From assembly GCA_030141605.1 (NCBI GenBank), contig JAQGDQ010000025.1:1-64000 (forward strand): a stretch of 64,000 nt of DNA, written 5' to 3'. The stretch is from Tubiluchus corallicola. Taxonomy: Eukaryota > Animalia > Priapulida. The notes under the pieces were generated by a model. That model saw nothing but the letters and a program-made list of their open reading frames with translations. It was not told where the DNA came from and made no database searches. Positions 55,401-64,000 of the stretch are shown piece by piece (positions within the stretch are counted from its first letter, which is position 1; each line of letters opens with the position of its first letter). The position numbers and the translations under genes are program-made.

Positions 55401-57097
55401 AGCATTCGTAACACACACTTTACAAACTAAGCAAAAGTATAAACTACTGTATCTTGACAATAAGATTAAAAATACGTCTTTGGTTAGTAAATGGCGCACA
55501 CTGGTAAGGTGAGTCAGCGACATTTTACCAGTTGGCGAGAACATTTTAAATTATTAATTAAAATTTTCTTTTCTAGTTACGTAAGCCTTACAAGCAGGTA
55601 AGCGTAATGCTAAGTAATATAACTTTCTGTGGAAAGTTTTTTTGGGTGGTATTTTAAGATAACATTTTCTCGTCTCTTTCAAGTAAGCTTTTACTTTTAA
55701 TCGATCTAGATGAGAGATGTCTACAATAACGACTGAACAATTCGCCATTTTGTTTTCTAACACGTGTTGGCATGGTGATTGAGCTGCTGAAACATTATCA
55801 GAGAGAAAATACTGACTAGTTATGGTGTACCGGCTGAAGTTAGGCAACAGCAAGCTTGATTAGTATCAGTCAGGAAAATCCTTATTCGGATCTTTTTGAA
55901 CGAAAAAACTTTTCTGAAACTTTCTGTATAAAAGAACATAATATCAACGGAGCACAACGAATAAGCCTATCTAGGATAAATTTCGATTTCAACGTAGGCG
56001 GCCTTAGACGATTTTGACTTTATTGCTATTGTTGTCTCGAACTTAAATCTTCTGGCTCAAATATTCTTGACGCTTGATCCGTAACTGCGAGGCCTGACGC
56101 TTGCTGACCGTTTTCACGTGTCCGTGAACGCTGGGCGTAGTAACTAAGCCCATGGCACATTCTTTATTTTTACATAACATGTCTGCATGCTTCCGCTGTA
56201 TAACATTTTGCAACAGAGAGAACAATGCGGAGCATAATTCCACTTGGTGAAAAAATATTATTGAGCGTAGGTCCTGAAGTGACTAAAACTCACCTGACCA
56301 AAAAACCAATCAGCGAAAATGGTCACCGAAAACTTAGAAAACTTTCTGTCAACGCGTTGCTGCGTAGTGTGTATTCGAACGATAGCGCTTACGTGCGAAT
56401 CACGTATCACGCTTTGTGCATGGAAAACTTACATGGATGGATTTCACACCAAAAACATCTCTCTGCAAGATACTGGAAGATACTTCATCTTGGAGAGTAG
56501 GTGAGGACTGAAGTGCTTGGCATCAGAAGGCTAGCAGTGTTGTCTTTCGACAAATGAACACATAATATGATGATGATATTACACTGTTTATTCGGCATAC
56601 AACATAAAGAAAAACATTGATCCTGTACACAGGACGGAGCGGCTCAAACGTAGCAGGGACCAAAAAACACAATAATAGCAAAAGCACAATGATAACACGG
56701 AAGAAATAACATTAGTAAGAATGCATGGATGATATGATACGCATGGAAACACTTTTACGTGTTTGAATACAAACTGCTGTTTACGCATTACGCACCACGC
56801 ATACAAAGTCGTACACTTACAGTTAGGTAATTTAGTTTATTGACATTATACATGTATTACAGATGCTTAATGCACAATTGAAGTTTTTGAATTTATTAGT
56901 CTGTTCTATTGAATATTTTATTTTCGTCTAATTACACGAAAATTTAAATAATTGTTTGTCAGGCACTTCATTTTTAATTCAAACTTTGGATTTTTTAAAC
57001 GTCATTATTAGATCTGTTTTAATCAGTCCTATTATAAATGTTACAAATAGGCATAACAGTCATATCAACGTTTGCACTACGAGAAGACTAGAACTGG

Positions 57098-57201
57098 TCA
57101 CTTGTCTGGCTTCAGTAATTTCATGCAACATATTTCTAATGAGTTCATCACTTGTCTGACTTCACGAATTTCATGCAACATATTTCTAATGAGTTCATCA
57201 C
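57098..57201. repeat. 50-bp tandem duplication
   Basis: TCACTTGTCTGRCTTCA..AATTTCATGCAACATATTTCTAATGAGTTCA occurs twice. Confidence 0.92.
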
Positions 57202-57440
57202 GTAATATCATAATATAAACCATCTAGGTCAATTCGTAGGAAGATAGAACAATACCTCACAGATTGTAGGTTCGTGTCTCAGTAACTCATAAGTTTAATT
57301 TCCCTCGCCACAATTCTATTTACTAAACAATTGTTAAATAAACTGGAATCTGTGCTTCCTGGAGAGAAAAGAGAATGCAGGAGAGGCCAGTTTTCATCGT
57401 CTTCTGTTTGCTTTTTTTCGTTTGCCTGTTAGCAGATTAT

Positions 57441-58466
57441 TCAAACTGTCTCAGTGTGACTTGTGTGAGTAACAAAGCTGCTCACATGGACCTGCCTTTC
57501 TCTGCGTCTTTTGTACAGACAGGTCGCAAATTCAGTGATTCTATCTTTGACAGTTGGAATCCTGTAGGCGTAGATAACTGGATTTAAAGTACTGTTCACA
57601 CCCAACAAAATGAACGTCCACGGCTGCGCGTAGAAAAGCTCTATTGTGAAACTTCGCCGTGTAACCATGTACAGAAGCTGGGGCAGCCAGAAAATAACGT
57701 AGGTCGCCATGATGATGATCACCGTCCTCAGCGCCCTCTTGTTCGTTCCCAGCGAACTTCGCTTCATCATGCGCACTTTAACATCGGCATTTCTACTGAC
57801 TACAATGTAGATGTGCACATACAACATCCAGGAGACGACCAGCGGCGTGCCAAACACGGTGGCCGATGAGAATTTATGACTTGGATGATAAGGTCCAATT
57901 AAACAAAGCCAATGTTTGAAGAAATCGTCCTCTTTTTCGTCTGGTATGTACCTCAGTAATGAAAGTTCGAACACGGGTGGTACCAACGACCAGAAAAAAC
58001 TGAACAGAAAAATTGCGGTTCCTACAGTGATCACCGTAACTTTCCTAAGTCCGTGTGATCGAGGCTTTACGATTCTTACGTAGCGATCTGTGGACAGCAA
58101 TAGAATACTCCATGCTGACGTGGCATAGCCTCCAACTAACAACGACTCACTTCCCCAACATACCTCGGCAGTTTTAGGCAGTATGCGGACGCCTAGCATG
58201 AAGAATTTCATGATGCCACAGATGCTGACGCCAGTGTCGGCGACAGCCAAGATGATGATTACCAGCAAAGAACTGCTGATCTCTTTCAATGTGCAAATGA
58301 CTGTGATGATGCCCGTGTTACAGATCACGCCCAAAATTCCAATGACGAACAGGATGGTGTATGTCTTCAACAGATGCAATGCAAGGTCGGGATCTTTAGC
58401 TGCTGCTTCGGCCAGGTCTAAAATGTAGGCGGCGGGATGCGTGGTTGAGGAATTCTCACCTGTCAT
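57441..58466 (-). CDS. Rhodopsin-like (class A) orphan GPCR, intronless, 341 aa
   Basis: Seven hydrophobic segments with TM1 Asn, LAVAD (TM2), DRY (TM3), FWLP (TM6) and NSTLNPVIY (TM7). Confidence 0.95.
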   Translation of the reverse strand: MTGENSSTTHPAAYILDLAEAAAKDPDLALHLLKTYTILFVIGILGVICNTGIITVICTLKEISSSLLVIIILAVADTGVSICGIMKFFMLGVRILPKTAEVCWGSESLLVGGYATSAWSILLLSTDRYVRIVKPRSHGLRKVTVITVGTAIFLFSFFWSLVPPVFELSLLRYIPDEKEDDFFKHWLCLIGPYHPSHKFSSATVFGTPLVVSWMLYVHIYIVVSRNADVKVRMMKRSSLGTNKRALRTVIIIMATYVIFWLPQLLYMVTRRSFTIELFYAQPWTFILLGVNSTLNPVIYAYRIPTVKDRITEFATCLYKRRRERQVHVSSFVTHTSHTETV

Positions 58467-59400
58467 GATTTTCTATTAAAACTCCGTCTGCACCTTTTAC
58501 AACGTTAATGTCTTTTGAAGCTCTAAGTAATCACCTTGTGCTGCATGAAAAAGGGAAGCCAAAATTTGATGCCTTACTTATCAAATGGCAATTATTATCA
58601 TGCTTTGCCCAAGACTACTTCATCCTGCGCAAAGAGACTGCGCCAGTCTATCTAATGATCATGTCAATCGGATTGTATGCAGCGATAAGCAGAAATAAGC
58701 AGTTATAAGTATTTATTGCAGAACATGCTTCCTTGCACTTATTATTTTTATACTCAGCAGTCTAACAGATACTTGTTATTTGTGCATTTGCGCGTCCATT
58801 CGCGTGCTTGTTCATTCGTCCGTTTGTTCGTTTGTTTATTCGTTTTTCCTTTTGTTTTCCCTTGCCCACCCATCAATTCATTTGTTTAGTAGCTATGATG
58901 ATAAAATATATTTAGTAGATAGGGACTTTGTCAGTTCTTTGGTCAGTCAGTCAGTTATTTAACAAGTTAGCAAATAGTCAGCTAGTTCGTTATTAAATCA
59001 GGGCAGTCAGAATTAGATAGAAATTCTGGTAATCGCTGCATAGTTAGCTGTCTGGTTGTTTGGATAAGTTACAGATAGGTTGCTGATTGTTTACTTAGTT
59101 GATGGAGTTGTAACATGCGCCTTCTACTGACTGGATACCGTGTTTTATTTCAGGCACGGATTCTACTATTTTTTACGCTAAGCCTGACTTGACAGACAGA
59201 AATGAACAACAAATACATATCTTCTCCTTTTTTACGCTTGTTTAAAATCACCAAAGCGTTTGCAGTTGCCGATGAGATGTATAGACATTTCTTTGTGACA
59301 ATTTGTTCAGAAACAGCAAATGCACTGGACACTGGTATAGTGTTTCGATTAATTTAGGCTAGGCTACTGCGCGTTCAGATATCCCGCCAAGTAGCTCGCA

Positions 59401-60035
59401 AGCGTGTTCATACTAGAGAGCAAAAGTTGCTGAGATTTACTCTCCTACCTGGCGTTCATTTCTCTATTCGCTAAGAGAAACGTCAAGAGTAACTCGCTGA
59501 GGCAAACACTTCTCTATTCGCTAAGAGAAATGTCGAGAGTAACTCGCTGAGGCGTTCATTCCTCTATTCGCTAAGAGAAATGTCAAGAGTAACTCGCTGA
59601 GGCGTTCATTTCTCTATTCGCTAAGAGAAATGTCGAGAGTAACTCGCTGAGGCGTTCATTCCTCTATTCGCTAAGAGAAATATCAAGAGTAACTCACTGA
59701 GGCGTTCATTTCTCTATTCGCTAAGAGAAATGTCGAGAGTAACTCGCTGAGGCGTTCACTTCTCTATTCGCTAAGAGATATGTCAAGAGTAACTTGCTGA
59801 AGCGTTCACACTAGACAGCAAATGTCAAGAGTAACTCGATGAAGCGTTCACACTAGACAGCAAGTGTCAAGAGTAACTCGATGAAGCGTTCACACTAGAC
59901 AGTAAGTCAATTCGCAGCAACTGTCGGAGAGTTTGCAATTTCTTGCCCGCAGTAACTCGCGAACTAGTTCATATTTGAAAGTTTGCTGTCAGAGAGAAAA
60001 CTCGCAACAGAAAACTCGCTAGTCTGAACACGCCC
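59401..60035. mobile_element. PIF/Harbinger-like MITE carrying an internal minisatellite
   Basis: GCGTGTTCATACTAG versus CTAGTCTGAACACGCCC followed by TTA. The superfamily is inferred from the terminus only. Confidence 0.6.
59451..59905. repeat. Minisatellite: 7 x 50 bp followed by about 2.5 x 42 bp variants
   Basis: Unit GGCGTTCATTTCTCTATTCGCTAAGAGAAATGTCRAGAGTAACTCGCTGA. Confidence 0.95.
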
Positions 60036-60791
60036 TTAGGTTGATGATTCGCGCAAAACTCGTTGGCTAATATAAACTTAAATTTAGAAAGTCCAACACT
60101 ATTCATTGTATATTAGTGAGTCTATTATTAGGTGTTACAATCCGCCAGTGGCTAGCAATCTTTGTACAGAAACTGAGCATAGCAAAATTTCACGAAAATT
60201 AGCCATTTAAGGCGCATGTCGTGATGGCAATAAAAAAATCCTTGCTAATTTAAGTGTGTCGTTGTGTGCACTAAGTGAAAGAGCAGAGTGACTGTGCGTA
60301 TCTGATGATGAAGTTGACTCATGTGGTGCTATCCTGCTGTTGCAAAAGCTGTAATGGTTAATTTAAACATAGTTTATTTGGTTCTGATTAGACAGTTTTT
60401 AAAACCGATACGTGAATCCTCACCATACAAGTAAATGTACAGTCAGAAGTGGAAAAAATAAAGTAATATCAATACAAACAAACGCTAATAGATATACATA
60501 CGTGCAAATACATATAAACAAACACATGTACATACAAAATTAGCAGATATGACAAAATGAATAATAAAACAACCGAATAATAACAATGGCTGTCTTAAAA
60601 TTTACCGCTAAATAAATAAAAGAGATCTTATGGTCTGATCACATTAGTACTTCTGATGTAATTTTGAATGTTGCAGTTGAAGCTGATGTTGCCGTTGGGG
60701 CGCTCATGTCGAATTTGCAGCATTTTCATGACAAATATTTTATAATTGATATTACGATATTTCTGTACTAATTATTTATTGTAATTTTATG

Positions 60792-61059
60792 AGGTCGACC
60801 AAATAATGCGCAAGCATTTGCATACGCTCCTTGCAAAACATTGTAGAGACGTTTTAGTAGTTGTAATAACTATAGTTGGTCGGCTTTTTGGGCGAACTTG
60901 GTTGACCTGCGATTTTTGCTTAATAGGTAGGCATTTTTATTGTTTTTTTTCGGTTTGTCTGGTCGACTTCCTTAGCTTGCCTAAGGCGAACCTAACGAAG
61001 GATTTGTTCGCGTCGCTCGAATAGATTCGAATTTCGAATCCACGTTATTCAGTCGACCT
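60792..61059. mobile_element. Short MITE with terminal inverted repeats
   Basis: AGGTCGACCAAATAATG versus CGTTATTCAGTCGACCT. Confidence 0.6.
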
Positions 61060-62387
61060 AGAGCACTAACGATGTCTTACCGAGATTGAAGTTATTGTAG
61101 AGTGTTGTTTTTAAACAAAGCGTAATACCTACGGCAACTGTAACGGTAAATGAAGGGAAATACGGTTTCGTTTTTGTTACCCATCTTTAGCTGTCGTTTA
61201 CTTTTGTATTTGAATGTTTTTATTAATAATTGTTCGCAGAAAACTTGACGTTTCTATCGCCAGGGGGCATGGTGTTTTATTTGACGTCAAACACAGACGA
61301 ATTGAAACATAATTATTGCAAGAGTTTTCAGTTTCTGTTTTCTCTATAAACACGTTGAAATTAAGCCACTTTTCATTCGCATTTTACCATCTGCTTTCAC
61401 GTAAGAACTGGAAGTTTACGACGCTTGCAAGGCTTCATATATAGGCCTATGTGCATGCACACTGTTCTGACTTCAAAATGACCAGTTACATAAAAAATAT
61501 GAGAAGTTCTCCATAAGGTATTTGCCCCACACAGATAAAATTATAATCTGAGTAAGTTTCTTTGTTCATCTTAAAGGCTGTTAGAAAACTGATAACTATA
61601 CAGTTTGTACACCGTTTGTCTTGCAGATCATTCCAAAAATCACGTGACTTTTAATATTATTTGTAAGTCTAGGTTGCTTAGTGTTGCTTAATATCGGTTG
61701 TTACTGAAACACAAAGGACGCCTTTGCCAAAATTAATTTAAACTCCAGGGGTAAAAATAATATTAATCTTTTTGTTGTAAAGTTTTTGGATCCGATACGT
61801 AGAAAGAAAATCATGTTCAGATCTAAGTATTCTTTATTGTAAACAGGACGAAGTCGTACTGTAAAAAAAACTAAACATGTCTTTCTCTAGAAATTGACAT
61901 AGATAGATGCCTGAACTGTATTGAAGCCCATATGAATAAAGCAGAATTTTATTTCTCGACGCTTTTAAACAGACATCTTTTAAGAGAACTAAGTCTTAAA
62001 CAGGTTCAATGTTATACCCGCAGTTCGTGTCTGCCGTCTTAATTAGTTGGAAAGAAAATTAAAGGGAGTTTCGGGATGACTGCTAGAAAATTTATTTTCA
62101 CTCGTATTGTTTTCAAATCATTCGTGAAGGCAAATTCAGAATGATTCGACAATGTGAGCCCTATTTTCAGTTTACATGTCTGATATTTGCCGCTAAGCGC
62201 TGATATTTTATCTGTAACCTACGTACTTGATGCCAATACTTTGCATCGTATTACACTTATGTTCGCTTATTCGTAAACACACATTAGTTAAAATGGAAGG
62301 CAGTATTATTTAGTTATTCTAAAAAGAGGTTACCTTTTTTATGCTGATATCTGAATGAAATGAACGCGCGAAAGCAGTACTAGCTAG

Positions 62388-62430
62388 AGAATCTGAAAGG
62401 CTTTTCACCTCCACCGGGATTCGAACTCAG
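62388..62430 (-). mobile_element. SINE-like fragment with pol III B-box
   Basis: Minus strand GAGTTCGAATCCCGGTGGAGG, matching 21398-21441. Confidence 0.55.
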
Positions 62431-63145
62431 GCTTTCTGCTATCGAGGCAACTATGTCCACGCAGCGAAGTCAGTTGAGAAAGAGCCGCTGCTTTTACTCA
62501 GTTTCTTTTCCGGACGATTAATCAAGATCATTAAAAGGTTTTGTCTTTGGTAATTTAAAGAGGCTACTCACCAGCAACTACCAATTATTTGTACTCTCGC
62601 TGTTAATTTAAATTTGCCGTTTATAACTCCGGGTGTCTATTTCAACTTCATTTCTAAGCGCTTGCCGGTGAAATTAAACACCTTTTCATCTAGACAATGA
62701 GCATCGCCTTGCAGCTAAACCTTTCACCTCCCTTCCCTTTCACCTAAGTTTTTAAATGCGCAAATTACTCGAAAGTGACGTTCAATATCCTTTGAACGTT
62801 CAATATCCGCGTTTTGGATCTGATTCGTTCAGACGCAGACAGAGGCATTTAATCAAAACTACAACCATGTCTTAAACCACAACAGCAGAGTAAATTTGAT
62901 GATTTCTATCTAATGGTTACTGTTACTGTTCATGTTTTAATCCATATAAGTCTATTAATATTTGCCCAGTTTTCCTGTAGGTCCTATACCTACATAGATA
63001 TTTTATTTATCTGGGCACCTTGACACATATTTCCATTATTTGATTGCAAATAAAGGAGCACCGAGAGTCTAATTATCTAGACTTACTACACATGTGACAA
63101 AGAACAATTTTTTCAAGGCTTTCATTTTTTCTTTTCACATTCTAG

Positions 63146-64000
63146 GCGATTGCATTTTGGCTGTCAATGGTCATTCAACAATTCCTTTATCGCAAGAGGA
63201 AGTAGTGAGGCTCTTACGAAACTCTATAGACGTCAAATTGGTCATATGCCACAACCACGAACGGCATATGCTAAAACAGGGCACCCCCTCCGTACATCAT
63301 CCAACTGTGCGATTTCAACCGGAACCAGTCCGGCTTCAGTGTCGACTTCCGGCAGAAACTGCTGGAGATAATACTGATGCAAAATTGAAGAAGAGGAGGT
63401 ACCAAATTCCCCCAGATTTTGGTACTTTGTCGGCAGAAAAGTGTCGAAAATACAACGCAAATTTGTGTGAAATATCCAGGGGATGTTCGATTGATGACCA
63501 CGCCATCTTAAATGAACTAGAAAACAAAAGACCATACTCGTCAGGTAGCGAAAGGTCCCACTATACAGATATTATTGACTTCAAAACTCCTCAGCAAAAC
63601 TTCAAAAAGAACTCATTAGCTGAGACTGTGCATAATTTCAACGAACTGTATCAAATCTACGAAAACACTGCGATCGGCTTAAAAATGTTGAACTGTGTTG
63701 ATGTAAATAGTAACGCAATGTTAAAAAAGACTGATGTCACTTCCGAGCCAGATGCTGAAGAAGTCTTTAACGAAGCACTAGAATATCTGAGTTACGTATA
63801 CGATACAATAGAATCTATGAACAGTTTACAAAAATGTAACGTGTCGCATGGTGATCATGCAAAGAACAGTAAAACATCAGATGCAGAGAAGTTTAAGTTA
63901 TTTGACAAATTTGCAGTGGAGACTGATTGTATAAGAGAAACTGATTGGGATGCAGCACTTTCAAATAAAACTATTTTCTGTAATGAGCGTGTCTGTTCAA
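63146..64000 (+). CDS. PDZ-domain protein exon (C-terminal part of the PDZ plus a long open frame running off the window)
   Basis: Polypyrimidine tract and TCTAG acceptor. Splicing gives LRK-GDCILAVNGHSTIPLSQEEVVRLLRNSIDVKLVI. No stop codon in 855 bp. Confidence 0.88.

Noticed and set aside
59451-59905. CRISPR-like array of palindromic repeats
   Set aside because: Units are head-to-tail with no unique spacers, there are no cas genes, and the context is eukaryotic.
62400-62470. Possible tRNA gene
   Set aside because: It has a good B-box but no A-box or cloverleaf, so it is treated as a SINE relic.
63150-63535. ORF-track ORFs at the window end
   Set aside because: They are in the wrong frames. 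The real frame has codons starting at 63148 and stays open to 64000.

Overview
AT-rich invertebrate-animal (eukaryotic) genomic DNA with spliceosomal introns and many microsatellites. From left to right it holds: (1) a tandem pair of intronless, signal-peptide-bearing pentraxin-like paralogues. One has a Gly/Asn-rich 11-residue repeat arm. The other has its pentraxin domain split by a somatomedin-B-like Cys module and a furin-type site, and lacks the usual acidic Ca2+ ligands. (2) A single-exon FoxB gene on the minus strand, in roughly 35-45 kb with no other recognisable gene. (3) A plus-strand PDZ-domain gene that the ORF track misses. Its PDZ domain is split by a 10.5-kb intron containing an intronless antisense class A GPCR. 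Interspersed are LINE remnants, TTAA-targeting Kolobok-like MITEs (one nested in another), other foldback MITEs, tRNA-derived SINE fragments and minisatellites. No CRISPR array, rRNA or intact tRNA was seen. All alignments were done by eye, and the species cannot be assigned.
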